From a virus (lineage: Duplodnaviria; Caudoviricetes): a stretch of 58,856 bases of DNA. Under the pieces are notes generated by a model. The model had not been told where the DNA came from and did no database searches. It saw only the letters and a program-made list of their open reading frames with translations. Location: positions 1-58,856 of IMG/VR virus record IMGVR_UViG_3300030105_003283; one strand, 5' to 3'. This document shows positions 1 to 9,619 of the stretch, piece after piece. The translations under genes and the position numbers were made by a program. How positions within the stretch are numbered: position 1 is the stretch's first letter; the number at the start of each line of letters is the position of its first letter.

Positions 1-493
1 TATCTCTGCCCTCATATTGTGCCAGCTTAAACCAATCAACAGCCTCGGCATCATCTGTTAAGATCATACCACCCTTGGCAATTGGGAGTATCTTTCTAAT
101 ATGAAAAGATAAGCACTGGTATGTGTTTGGGATATACATTCCCTTTGTAAATCTTGTGGCGCTGTCTACAACAGGATAGGGGTCTAACGTATAGACTCCT
201 GACCATTCATGATCGACAAATTCCACCTCACATCCGGCATGTATAACGCTTTGTGGGACTGATAGGTATGTCCTCTTAGGTACTTTAACTTTGCCTGTGG
301 CATTAAGGTACTTTAGGCAAAGAAAAAGGCTATTGGTACAGCTATCGGTAGCCACAGCGTATTTACTGCCCGCGTACTTAGCCACCTTGTCTTCAAATAT
401 TTCTACAATGTGCCAAGGATCGCTAACGGTGTAGCCATCTTGTTTTAATGATGAAATCGTTTTTTCTAATGAACTATACATTTTGCCACTCAT
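1..493 (-). CDS. DegT/DnrJ-type PLP sugar aminotransferase-like protein, short form (runs off left edge; not in ORF track)
   Basis: Manual translation from ATG at 493 (or 481): ...FEDKVAKYAGSKYAVATDSCTNSLFLCL...VDSA...CLSFHIRKILPIAKGGMILTDD...; paralog of 5552-6157. Confidence 0.8.
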   Translation of the reverse strand, partial: MSGKMYSSLEKTISSLKQDGYTVSDPWHIVEIFEDKVAKYAGSKYAVATDSCTNSLFLCLKYLNATGKVKVPKRTYLSVPQSVIHAGCEVEFVDHEWSGVYTLDPYPVVDSATRFTKGMYIPNTYQCLSFHIRKILPIAKGGMILTDDAEAVDWFKLAQYEGRD

Positions 494-1154
494 ATAATTT
501 ATAGTAGTCCCCGAGCACAAACTTTCTGCTCGCTGTAGCAGAGCTTTTAGCCGCAGACTCATCGTATTTATCATAAGGCAATACCCTGAAGTCCATACTA
601 ACCCTAGTCTTGCCTGTTTTGTTTTCTTTATTTCCGTGAATACATTTGTTACCATAGAAGATGGCGAAGTTTCCAACACCCATCTCTAGTGGGGCGAAGT
701 CCCCTAAGCCGGGAACCGATTCTAGCCACATTGCATTGGAGTCCCACATTTTAGTGAGGGCAATCTGAAAATTAATCTCCCAGTCTGGATGGTTGTGATC
801 TTCGTCAGAATCGTAATGCCACTTGTGAATGGCCTGATCGTTTGGTATGTGCACCCTGAAACTTGGGAAAGTCTGATAGAAGAATGATCTTCCGAACATT
901 GGGGCAACCGTGTCCTTAATAAACGCCTCGTAGACCGTCTTTATATCGCCCCCCTCGTCAGAATTTAAGGCACCATAGAACGTAGAGTGAAAATCTGTTC
1001 TTGTTTCGTTGTCAAAGTTCAACTTGTCTGGCGGCATTAGCTCACTTCTAAGGTCGTGAAGATTATGTAGCTCGCCCTGTGGTACGTTGAATATCTTTTC
1101 AACCTCTCCACAGAAGTTATAATTACTGGTGTCGTAGGTGCTGATTGCGCTCAT
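474..1154 (-). CDS. StrG-like 2OG-Fe(II) oxygenase-fold protein
   Basis: YQTFPSFRVHIP, WHYD (HxD), CIHGN, RVSMDFR; start moved to ATG 1154 coupled to upstream TAA. Confidence 0.65.
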   Translation of the reverse strand: MSAISTYDTSNYNFCGEVEKIFNVPQGELHNLHDLRSELMPPDKLNFDNETRTDFHSTFYGALNSDEGGDIKTVYEAFIKDTVAPMFGRSFFYQTFPSFRVHIPNDQAIHKWHYDSDEDHNHPDWEINFQIALTKMWDSNAMWLESVPGLGDFAPLEMGVGNFAIFYGNKCIHGNKENKTGKTRVSMDFRVLPYDKYDESAAKSSATASRKFVLGDYYKLYEWQNV

Positions 1155-1729
1155 TATTTTTTCCTCGATAACATGTGACCTTCGATCCATGATGGATCAA
1201 AATCTTTCATACCATATTGGTCTTGAATATCCTTGAATTGGATATTTTCAAAATCCAAACTTTCCATAAGTTCTTCTGATTTAAATCTAGCTACGTTTAG
1301 GTTGTTTCTTCCTAAAAAGTATCCACCCTTTATAATATTCCTAGCTGCCCATTTTTGCCCATAAATTTTTAATTCTGGCGTTGTTGGAAAACTTCCAAGA
1401 TCGTTATGACAGAACGCTATGGGAAAATCATCCAGCTCAGAAAGCGTCATACAATCCTTGACGACAACACGGGGGTGTCTGATTGGATTATGTAAGTCAT
1501 ACCCTATACATCTCTCATAGCCAAAATGATTGCATAGCAGATCAAACGCCACACATCTATTTGTTCCCAAGAGAACTATATACCCGTCTTCGGGAATGTC
1601 TTCAAGTTCAAGGATTACTTTTTCAAATATCTGATAACCATAATAATTCTCTCCATAGTTATCTACGTCGGCATGTTCTTCTGGACTATCGTACCAATAA
1701 TCTTTACTGTAAAAATCTTTTTCTGACAT
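1154..1729 (-). CDS. Putative class I SAM-dependent methyltransferase-like protein
   Basis: IVLLGTNR..CIGYDL..VVVKDC..CHND spacing resembles a Rossmann methyltransferase; weak. Confidence 0.4.
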   Translation of the reverse strand: MSEKDFYSKDYWYDSPEEHADVDNYGENYYGYQIFEKVILELEDIPEDGYIVLLGTNRCVAFDLLCNHFGYERCIGYDLHNPIRHPRVVVKDCMTLSELDDFPIAFCHNDLGSFPTTPELKIYGQKWAARNIIKGGYFLGRNNLNVARFKSEELMESLDFENIQFKDIQDQYGMKDFDPSWIEGHMLSRKK

Positions 1730-1730
1730 T

Positions 1731-2555
1731 CTATCTCTCTTCTATATCTTGTAGGTTTACTAATCGCCACTCGTTATCATACTGTTTTATGTATTTATAT
1801 CGCTCTTCGTCATCAACAAAAAGCGCCACACCCGGACTTTCTATACTCCACTCGTTTCCCCAATGTTCCCCCATTGGAACAGGTACAAAAATCTCAGTAG
1901 CTTCTGATAAAAACGCAGCACACCAAGAGAATGTGCTCTGTGACATTATTATCTTGTTAAAGGATTTTATTGCATTAAAGTCTTCAATGGTTGTGCCGCC
2001 TATTAGTTTAGGATTGTACTCTTTAAAGCTTTCCATATAGTTGTGAAACATGGGGTGTTCTAGTGTCTCTGGATCAGAACAAATATAAAGACTATCGAAA
2101 GACATCAACCCTAGAGCGGTTTTGAAGTACTCGGGCGGCATTACATATGGATGTTCCGAAAGGTCTCCGAGTATGCAGTCGCCAAGTCTTAAGTGTATAA
2201 CGGCATCATTTTCGCTTTGTCCCACATCATAATATTCTGTTCTTAACCATTGTCTAATTTTTTCTTTATATGGCTTGTAATACTCATATCTCTGAAAGAA
2301 TCCCATAGGTCCCAGTATCACCGGAGAGTCCTTTACTACCGTCATTTGATCCATGTCTACAACTTGATTTGTGAGCCGTATTGGCGTTCCATGAGAGATG
2401 TTCTCGCCGTCCACATCCTCGCCGGTTCCTACAAAGCCGTCAATAGCGTGAGCCATAAGCTTAAAGCCCATACGGTCTGCTAAAACCCTACCCATAGAAT
2501 ATTGTAACAGAGTGTTTCCAAGTCCGCCACTATAATTAACTGCTATCAAAGCCAA
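1731..2555 (-). CDS. GT11 alpha-1,2-fucosyltransferase
   Basis: GGLGN at N-terminus, IHLRLGD, SQSTFSW motifs. Confidence 0.85.
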   Translation of the reverse strand: MALIAVNYSGGLGNTLLQYSMGRVLADRMGFKLMAHAIDGFVGTGEDVDGENISHGTPIRLTNQVVDMDQMTVVKDSPVILGPMGFFQRYEYYKPYKEKIRQWLRTEYYDVGQSENDAVIHLRLGDCILGDLSEHPYVMPPEYFKTALGLMSFDSLYICSDPETLEHPMFHNYMESFKEYNPKLIGGTTIEDFNAIKSFNKIIMSQSTFSWCAAFLSEATEIFVPVPMGEHWGNEWSIESPGVALFVDDEERYKYIKQYDNEWRLVNLQDIEER

Positions 2556-3442
2556 TCCTCTATTTTGATTTTAGGTTTCCATTTTAACAACTTCTTAGCC
2601 TTGCTTATATCCGCCAGAGTGACTCTAGACTCCCCAAGCCTGTCTGGAATATGTGTTCGTGGGGCATAGTCATCAACCATGTTGGCAAGATCAATCATAT
2701 TGATATTTGTGCCGGTTCCGATATTAAATGTCTCTCCAAAGATTTTGGGGTTGTCTGAAGTGGCGGCCAAGATGTTTGCATTTACAACATCGCTAACGTG
2801 GGTAAAGTCCCTGCGCTGTAGTCCGTCTCCCACTATCGTCATAGGTTCTTTGTCTTCGACTTGTCTCTGGAAGATTCCAACTACGGGAGCGTACTGTCCC
2901 TGTATCGGCTGTCGCTCTCCATAGACATTAAAGTATCGAAAGATTACTGTATTCAGTTTGAACAGATCGTTATACATTCTACACAAACCCTCTCCGGCAA
3001 CCTTTGTTACGGAATATGGATTTAGACAGTCCGTAGACATGTCCTCGGTGTGTGGGGGATTATTTAGTCCATACGCAGAGGAGGTTGAGGAATATACAAC
3101 CCTAGAAGCTCCCGATTGTCGAGCAGCCTGTAAAACGTTGCACGTACCACACACATTGGTTTGAGCTGCCAGAGTTGGATTTTTTATGGCTGGTTGTATT
3201 CTAGCCTCTGCCGCCAAGTGAAATACAACATCAACACCAGAAAACCACGGAAGTATTTTCTCGTAATCACATATATCTTCTACAACCTTGACGCACTTCG
3301 GATTCCAATAGAACTCCTCGTTTGATGTGGCTGACTCATTGTCTATACATACAACTTCGTGGCCATCTTCTATCAAGGAATCCACAATATGGCTTCCGAT
3401 AAAACCAGCTCCGCCAGTAACTACAGTTTTTATTTTATTCAT
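2546..3442 (-). CDS. NAD-dependent nucleotide-sugar epimerase/dehydratase (extended SDR)
   Basis: TGGAGFIGS, FHLAA, YSVTK (YxxxK), RYFNVYG, GDGLQRRDF; ATGA-coupled start 3442. Confidence 0.9.
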   Translation of the reverse strand: MNKIKTVVTGGAGFIGSHIVDSLIEDGHEVVCIDNESATSNEEFYWNPKCVKVVEDICDYEKILPWFSGVDVVFHLAAEARIQPAIKNPTLAAQTNVCGTCNVLQAARQSGASRVVYSSTSSAYGLNNPPHTEDMSTDCLNPYSVTKVAGEGLCRMYNDLFKLNTVIFRYFNVYGERQPIQGQYAPVVGIFQRQVEDKEPMTIVGDGLQRRDFTHVSDVVNANILAATSDNPKIFGETFNIGTGTNINMIDLANMVDDYAPRTHIPDRLGESRVTLADISKAKKLLKWKPKIKIEDWL

Positions 3443-3903
3443 AATGGTGTCACAATATTTATCAATTCGTCTATATTCCAATTGTCCAGTATGCCATCAA
3501 TCCGTTTGTTGCAGAAGTTATTAATTACTGTGGCGTGCGAGTCACTTCTAGCTATGAGTTTGAGCCTGTCATCAAGAAGTATGTCGCAGGCAGCGCTAAA
3601 GTTTACAGGATGGGTGAGCCATTCTATATCCCAAATGTATAAATACTTATCTGCTGCCGTGTGAGACTTTAATAACATGTCGGCTCCAATTAGGTCGGTC
3701 GCGATGACCACTCCGTCGTATCCGGCTAAAAATGATATATTTGAACAGGCGAAGTGGGGCTTTGTTACTGGCATCGCTGGCCTGCTATAAAAGGCCGATA
3801 TAGAAAAATCTTTAGACATTGCGGCCTTGTTGAATTCCTTTATCATATAAAAGGCTTTCTGAGAAGGGCCCATGTCGTTTACAATGGCTGCTATCTTATT
3901 CAT
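3439..3903 (-). CDS. Hypothetical protein, possibly glycosyltransferase N-domain-like
   Basis: 154-aa coupled ORF within glycan cluster; VVIAT..KYLYIWDIEW. Confidence 0.45.
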   Translation of the reverse strand: MNKIAAIVNDMGPSQKAFYMIKEFNKAAMSKDFSISAFYSRPAMPVTKPHFACSNISFLAGYDGVVIATDLIGADMLLKSHTAADKYLYIWDIEWLTHPVNFSAACDILLDDRLKLIARSDSHATVINNFCNKRIDGILDNWNIDELINIVTPL

Positions 3904-4612
3904 CTTTTGCCGTGCTCCTAAAATCCCCCTGAGTACATAGATAGGGATATGTGTGGTATACGTTTAGTTTGGCCTCGTGAAAGGCGTAGTTCAATTGCCA
4001 ATCAATAGAAAGACAAAAGCTCTCCATGTGTGGAAGTATCTTGGATACGCTTTTCTTTTTATATAATATAGATGATGTTGTGTTTGTGGCTGGGTGAGCA
4101 GCCAACATGTATCCGTCTTTAAACGTTAGAGGCGTTAGTATTCCATGATCAAAAGCGCCACCTAAAAAGATAACATCCCAGTCGCTTGGAGCGTTATCAA
4201 TAATGTCCTCTATTCTAGCTGGGTGATTAATAAACCGACAATCATCTTCTAGGAAAAGTCCAAACTCCTCATTCTGCTTCATAAATCTATTGAAGGCAGA
4301 CAAATGCTTCATGTTTAAGGATATGGATGAGAGCGTCATTTCCTCATAGTTATGATCTAATTTTCCAGCATATCCATGTCCACGCCTAGAGACCTCAGAG
4401 ACTTCCCGATGAAGATCGTGGTCTTTATCGTATCTGGCCAGATCTTCTTCTGTGAGCTCTTCGCGGTCGAATTCGCTTATGAATTCAAAGTCCTTAATTC
4501 CAGCAGCCAGCAGCTGTTCAGTTATAAACTGACGTCTGTCTTGTAGCGGAGTATAGTGCATTACGTATGTTTTATACACTTTGTTTCCCGTAAAAATCTT
4601 GCCAATGCTCAA
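3896..4612 (-). CDS. GT25-family glycosyltransferase
   Basis: YVMHY..DRR, SLNMKH, LFLEDD, WDVIFLG, IDWQL. Confidence 0.75.
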   Translation of the reverse strand: MSIGKIFTGNKVYKTYVMHYTPLQDRRQFITEQLLAAGIKDFEFISEFDREELTEEDLARYDKDHDLHREVSEVSRRGHGYAGKLDHNYEEMTLSSISLNMKHLSAFNRFMKQNEEFGLFLEDDCRFINHPARIEDIIDNAPSDWDVIFLGGAFDHGILTPLTFKDGYMLAAHPATNTTSSILYKKKSVSKILPHMESFCLSIDWQLNYAFHEAKLNVYHTYPYLCTQGDFRSTAKDE

Positions 4613-5555
4613 CCATTTCTTGCATCATAGACTCAAAGGTGTATTCTGGTTCCCATCCAAATGTTTCTTTTGTCTTGGCTGGATCGCCCCTTAAGTATTT
4701 TAACTCTTGGGCACGCATGAATTTAGCGTCTTGCTCTACGTAATCTTTGTAGTCCATGTCGAGACAGCCAAAAACAACTTCACACAACTCTCTGACTGAG
4801 TGCGTCCTACCTGTGGCAACCACAAAATCATCAGGAGTGTCGTGGTTAATGATATCAACCATAGCTCTGACGTAATCTTTGGAATGTCCCCAGTCTCTAT
4901 AGGAGTCCATATTGCCCAAGAACAACTTATCTCTCATTCCTAAAGATATTTCTACGGCAGTTTTGACAACTTTATTTGTTACAAAGTTAGACCCTCGTCT
5001 GGGAGACTCGTGATTAAACAGTATTCCGTTGCAGGCGTGAAGTCCGTAGGCATGTCTATAGTGTCTCACTAAAGAGTATCCCATTAGCTTGGAACATCCA
5101 TAAGGACTCACAGGAGTCATTGGTGTTGTCTCTCTTTGATATTTGTCGTCGTCTACACTATTGCCAAACATTTCGGAAGAACTTGCCTGATAAAACTTCG
5201 CTTCGGGGCAGTAGTTCCTATAGACTTCAAGCAGATTCAAAACACCCTCTGCGTTGGTCTTGATGGTAAAGGAAGGAATGTCTGAGCTTACACGAACATG
5301 ACTCATTGCACCCAAGTTAAAGATGTGCGTGGGATTACATTCTTTTACGATGCGTTCTAGCGAACACCAGTCCATAAGGTCGCCATATCGGGTTTCTATA
5401 CGATCTATAATATGGTCTATTCTAGATTCTTGGCTTTCCGCAACAGACTGTCTACGTATAACACCATGTACTTCATAATCTTGTTCCAGTAGATGTTCAG
5501 CAAGATAGCTACCATCCTGTCCAGAAATTCCAGTAATCAGGGCTACTTTTTTCAT
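4572..5555 (-). CDS. gmd: GDP-mannose 4,6-dehydratase
   Basis: ALITGISGQDGSYLAE, YQASSSEMFG, SPYGCSK, NGILFNHESPRRGSNFVT, RDWGH. Confidence 0.95.
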   Translation of the reverse strand: MKKVALITGISGQDGSYLAEHLLEQDYEVHGVIRRQSVAESQESRIDHIIDRIETRYGDLMDWCSLERIVKECNPTHIFNLGAMSHVRVSSDIPSFTIKTNAEGVLNLLEVYRNYCPEAKFYQASSSEMFGNSVDDDKYQRETTPMTPVSPYGCSKLMGYSLVRHYRHAYGLHACNGILFNHESPRRGSNFVTNKVVKTAVEISLGMRDKLFLGNMDSYRDWGHSKDYVRAMVDIINHDTPDDFVVATGRTHSVRELCEVVFGCLDMDYKDYVEQDAKFMRAQELKYLRGDPAKTKETFGWEPEYTFESMMQEMVEHWQDFYGKQSV

Positions 5556-6157
5556 CTAAAAATCTCCATGTTTCTTAAGTCGGGCCAGTCTTCAATAGAC
5601 CACTGTCGAGGTTGTGTTTTAATTGCATCGGGCAACTTGTCAAGTCCCAAGTCAGCGGTTTCGGGAGTCATATAATAATGATATCCCATGTGTTTTATGT
5701 TTTGTTCTCTCCAAGGCGTAAAGGGCTCTCTTCCATCGTGAGCCATAATTCTCAAGTCCCTCGCTACATGCTCGTCGTCCGTAAGTATCATTCCCCCACG
5801 CCCTAAGCTTAGGTGTTTTTGAAATTGAAAACTGAGGCACATCAAACTTTCTGGTATGTAGCTATCCTCTTTCCACAGAACTGCGGCATCATAAACTGTT
5901 ATGCCGAACAGGGGGCTTCTTCCGACCTCATAGTAGTCTTGCCATCGCTCTTCGCGCCACACAAGCGGTATAGAGAGCTTCTTGGCCAAGAAAGGAATGG
6001 ATGGATATGTTCTGCTAGGAGACTCTACGACGCTTGCGTTTACGTATCGTAGACACAATTCAACTCCGTGAGTACAACAGTCTACCGCAACGGCATAAGG
6101 AGCGCCAAAGAACTCAGCGATCTTTTCTTCAAATAATTTTACACTAGGTATAGTCAT
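5552..6157 (-). CDS. DegT/DnrJ-type PLP sugar aminotransferase-like protein, short form
   Basis: FEEKIAEFFGAPYAVAVDCCT, YDAA, SFQFQKHLSLGRGGMILTDD, GYHYYM; only 201 aa. Confidence 0.8.
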   Translation of the reverse strand: MTIPSVKLFEEKIAEFFGAPYAVAVDCCTHGVELCLRYVNASVVESPSRTYPSIPFLAKKLSIPLVWREERWQDYYEVGRSPLFGITVYDAAVLWKEDSYIPESLMCLSFQFQKHLSLGRGGMILTDDEHVARDLRIMAHDGREPFTPWREQNIKHMGYHYYMTPETADLGLDKLPDAIKTQPRQWSIEDWPDLRNMEIFR

Positions 6158-6705
6158 TTTACACCCTCCACATTTAGGCTGATGAGAGTTCCATTTTCTT
6201 TTTCCATATGTGGTATGTAGGCCTGAGAGTGGTCGTCAAATTCTGAGTGTTCAGTTTGTCTCCAGTCATATTTCTTGACGCTTTCAATCCCCGCAGACTT
6301 CAATACCTCAGAGAGACTATCGAAATCGTATGTTGTCTTATGATAAATAGTCTGACTACCCATTTTCATTCTTCCATACAGAGGGCCCAGAAAATTATCC
6401 AACGAACGTTGGTTAAGTGTGTTTCGTGACATTACATACATAATAGCCATAGCCTCAAAATCTGGCACAGCTATTCTGAGTATTCCTCCCCTTTTTAAGA
6501 CTCTTGTCCATTCTTGCAAGATTGGTAAGACTTCTTCTCTGTCGAAGTATTCTAGTACGTGGGAGGCGTATATAAGGTCTACCGATTCATCGTCTATCGG
6601 GAGTTTTGTAATGTCGTTATGGTCTAGATGATCGTAATCTCCACCATCAACATGAACCCAATCATCACCAAAATCTCTCCATCCACATCCTAAGTGAAGT
6701 TTCAT
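6154..6705 (-). CDS. SAM-dependent methyltransferase (Methyltransf_11-like)
   Basis: KLHLGCG, VDLIYASHVLEY, RVLKRGGILRIAVPD. Confidence 0.85.
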   Translation of the reverse strand: MKLHLGCGWRDFGDDWVHVDGGDYDHLDHNDITKLPIDDESVDLIYASHVLEYFDREEVLPILQEWTRVLKRGGILRIAVPDFEAMAIMYVMSRNTLNQRSLDNFLGPLYGRMKMGSQTIYHKTTYDFDSLSEVLKSAGIESVKKYDWRQTEHSEFDDHSQAYIPHMEKENGTLISLNVEGVK

Positions 6706-7334
6706 AATTGTCTCCATTCTTCGAGAGGTTCGTGGAGGCGCTCCTCAAGAAAAGCTATTTGTATACCTGTTAAAGTTTTCTTATAATTAAATGGCTCTGG
6801 CGTTGCTATGTGGTTTCCGTGCACCCTTGTCTTCTCGTCAACGTCGTTAAAATCCTTCAGGGCTCTCTGTATCTTTTTAGTGTTTTTGATTCCGCAGATT
6901 TTCTTTATATTGGCTCTTTTCTCTTTTGAAATTTCGACGCAATTGCGATATTTAAATCCTAATGCGTTGTTGAAAAAATTTTCCAGCTCATCAAAAACAT
7001 AGTCATAATTATTCCAGAACTTTTCGTATTTTAGTTTTAGTTTAGCGCCTTTGTTTTTTGACATGTCGTAGGCGTATTGTCTGTACTGCCATTCAAGCGG
7101 CGGTAGATAATGATTCAGAGTGCTGTCGTCTATTTTTGAGGCGCCACCAGTTCGAGCAATAGAAACAAAAACATCTAGTGGGTGTCGGCAAGATATTATT
7201 AGAGCGTCCAAGCTGGAATAATGTCCCGGCGGATGCTGTGAAGGCTGTTCGTATTCGGGGAAAACACCATACAGAATTCTACGAATAAGTGTAGACCCTG
7301 TCCTCGGCATACTATACTGCACAAGGTCACGCAT
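6702..7334 (-). CDS. PAPS-dependent sulfotransferase
   Basis: 5'-PSB motif MPRTGST, 3'-PB motif RHPLDVFVS, LKYE; start refined to ATG 7334. Confidence 0.75.
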   Translation of the reverse strand: MRDLVQYSMPRTGSTLIRRILYGVFPEYEQPSQHPPGHYSSLDALIISCRHPLDVFVSIARTGGASKIDDSTLNHYLPPLEWQYRQYAYDMSKNKGAKLKLKYEKFWNNYDYVFDELENFFNNALGFKYRNCVEISKEKRANIKKICGIKNTKKIQRALKDFNDVDEKTRVHGNHIATPEPFNYKKTLTGIQIAFLEERLHEPLEEWRQL

Positions 7335-7731
7335 TAAAAACAACCTTATCCGCATCCTTCCCAAAGTATGGGCCACTCTTGAATTCATATACCACGGTGC
7401 CATCTTCTAGACACTCGTACTTATGTCCGCCCCAGAAGCTTATCGTGCAGCCACCAGCCGAAACCACTGCCGATCCCATCGGATTCTGGTCTTCGTCATA
7501 ATACGTAATCCTTATCTTTCCCTTTAGAACAACCCACGCCTCTTGTGTTGTATCAGTTGTTCTTTCACAGGGAATGTGGACATGTGGATCAAACTCTTTT
7601 CCATCGTCCATATTTATAATGGCACACTGTAGATACTCTCCAGCATCAGTTGCGTCGAATCTTCCCTCTGGATATTCGTCTACATTAAAGTAACAATGAT
7701 AGAGCTTCTCGCCCTTATATATTTTGTGCAT
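7327..7731 (-). CDS. Cupin-fold protein (WbuC-like)
   Basis: PHVH..QEAWVVLKG..GGHKY..YEFKSGPY. Confidence 0.75.
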   Translation of the reverse strand: MHKIYKGEKLYHCYFNVDEYPEGRFDATDAGEYLQCAIINMDDGKEFDPHVHIPCERTTDTTQEAWVVLKGKIRITYYDEDQNPMGSAVVSAGGCTISFWGGHKYECLEDGTVVYEFKSGPYFGKDADKVVFNA

Positions 7732-8299
7732 CTTTTATCTCCTTATACAGTGTTATATCCTCTTTATAGAGATTTGCCACTATATTTTTAGTTTCTTCGG
7801 TATAATATTCTTCAAAATGTTGATGTTTACTTTTATTGATAATCGGCACCTCAATAAGGTCTTGATTATGTATAATAGAGTATAATTTTCTAGTCTCCTC
7901 TTCCAAATTTTCAAAAAGTCCAATATGGTCAAAGTTTTCTCTCTTGCCAATTCTACGCATCATGGGCATTACATGTTGCTGTTCCAGATAGTATTCCGGA
8001 TCTTCGCTTGCCAGCTTAACCCAGTCTGAAAAACTGTTCTGGGTTACGCCATACTTCATAGCGTCGTTGGCATCTCCAGACCAACACCCGCCAGACTTAA
8101 GGTAGCAAAAACAGCTTACTAGTCTGTCGAAGGGGTTTCTTATCACTGTGAAGGAATAACCCTCTGGCTTGGACTCTACAAAGCCGTGTCCAGAAGTTAG
8201 CCCAATGCCACTAAAAAGATGTTCCCACATTTTACCACCAGTCTTTGGTATGTGCAAGAAAAAATAGTTGTTTCCATTATGGGAAAATTCTCCAGCCAC
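7715..8299 (-). CDS. Sulfotransferase family 2 (carbohydrate sulfotransferase-like)
   Basis: FLHIPKTGG, RNPFDRLVSCF, IGLFENL, YKEDI. Confidence 0.85.
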   Translation of the reverse strand: MAGEFSHNGNNYFFLHIPKTGGKMWEHLFSGIGLTSGHGFVESKPEGYSFTVIRNPFDRLVSCFCYLKSGGCWSGDANDAMKYGVTQNSFSDWVKLASEDPEYYLEQQHVMPMMRRIGKRENFDHIGLFENLEEETRKLYSIIHNQDLIEVPIINKSKHQHFEEYYTEETKNIVANLYKEDITLYKEIKDAQNI

Positions 8300-8829
8300 T
8301 ATTTAACCCTTATACAAAATTGAGAGCCTTGTAAATTTATTTCCGCCTCTAGGCCGGTTTCCTCTGTGAACTCCCGTACCGCCCTCTCCGGGCCGCCGTT
8401 AGAGTACGGGTCGCTATCGTTGCTTCCGTAGTCGTCTCCACAGAGAAGCCCTCCGGTCTTTACGAATGGCAAATAGTGCCTCAAGTCCTCTAGTACGTTC
8501 TCGTAGCTGTGGTTGCCGTCTATATAAACCCAGTCAAAGTACTTTTCTGAGAACATCGCCTTCGCAGAAAACTCTCTATGTATCTCCACTGTCTCGTTTC
8601 CAGCAAACCTGTCCACTACATCGTCATATATTCTGTCCATTTCTTCTTGCCCACAACAATAAATTCTTAGCTCGTTGGGGTCATCTACTGGAAAATCTTG
8701 GTGAACCCAAGGATCTATAAGGTGCAGCTTTGAGGGTTGTTGATTCAGTATATGTTCTGAAAATTCACCCTTCCACACACCAACCTCAGCACAAACATCT
8801 CCCGGCTTCACTCTATTCAATTCTCTCAT
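8299..8829 (-). CDS. SAM-dependent methyltransferase (Methyltransf_24-like)
   Basis: AEVGVWKG, LIDPW, DWVYIDGNHSYE, GGLLCGDDY. Confidence 0.85.
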   Translation of the reverse strand: MRELNRVKPGDVCAEVGVWKGEFSEHILNQQPSKLHLIDPWVHQDFPVDDPNELRIYCCGQEEMDRIYDDVVDRFAGNETVEIHREFSAKAMFSEKYFDWVYIDGNHSYENVLEDLRHYLPFVKTGGLLCGDDYGSNDSDPYSNGGPERAVREFTEETGLEAEINLQGSQFCIRVK

Positions 8830-8836
8830 TAAAATC

Positions 8837-9619
8837 CTAACTCGTTAAGCAAAAATTATAGTACTCTTCATCTATTAAATCCAGATCTCTTAGTGCAAGC
8901 AAACACTCATAGTCTTTTTTTAGATATCTTTTTAAATTGTTTACCGCCTTGTCAGACATGGTGTCGTCGTATGGTTTTCCCCAGTTGTCGTGGAGGGTGT
9001 GACTATTGCGACGCTCTTTACACTCAAATCCCAAAACACTCAACACATCTCCGTGTATATGTTCGCACCTAATAACGCCAACAATTGATTCTGGTTGATT
9101 TTTTATTAGGTCTTCGATGTACCAAGCTATGTTCATCCCCAAATGGTTGTCCATATGCTGATTGGTTTCAACACCCTCGTCGTTTACCAAGTCCATTATT
9201 GTGTGGGTTTTTATTAGGGTTTTTGTTGTTCCAGAATCTGCCTTTATATAAATGCCAACCGATGGTAAATCATCCCTTGTGATTAAATGGTGAGCGTCTA
9301 TGTTTAACTTTCCCCCTTCATCATATATTGCCTCAGCAAGCCCGTTGGCCGTTTTGTAAAGATTAAACCTTTGTGTATTTTTCTCTATGTGGTTTAGCGC
9401 TTCCTGATTTACTGTGTCACAGACCGAATAGGCGGAATACATATGATAGAACGCAGACACAAATCTGTCTATTGGATTTCTTATTACTACTACATATTTG
9501 CCATTTTGACCTAGGGCCGGTCTTGTTGCGTGTAGGGTTTTATAGGTATCGGGAAGAACCGACTTAACGCTAGATCCACCACACTTTCCAACGTGGATAA
9601 TTATTGGCGTGCCGATCAT
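8837..9619 (-). CDS. Sulfotransferase family 2-like protein
   Basis: IHVGKCGGSSV, RNPIDRFVSAFY, YLKKDY. Confidence 0.75.
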   Translation of the reverse strand: MIGTPIIIHVGKCGGSSVKSVLPDTYKTLHATRPALGQNGKYVVVIRNPIDRFVSAFYHMYSAYSVCDTVNQEALNHIEKNTQRFNLYKTANGLAEAIYDEGGKLNIDAHHLITRDDLPSVGIYIKADSGTTKTLIKTHTIMDLVNDEGVETNQHMDNHLGMNIAWYIEDLIKNQPESIVGVIRCEHIHGDVLSVLGFECKERRNSHTLHDNWGKPYDDTMSDKAVNNLKRYLKKDYECLLALRDLDLIDEEYYNFCLTS

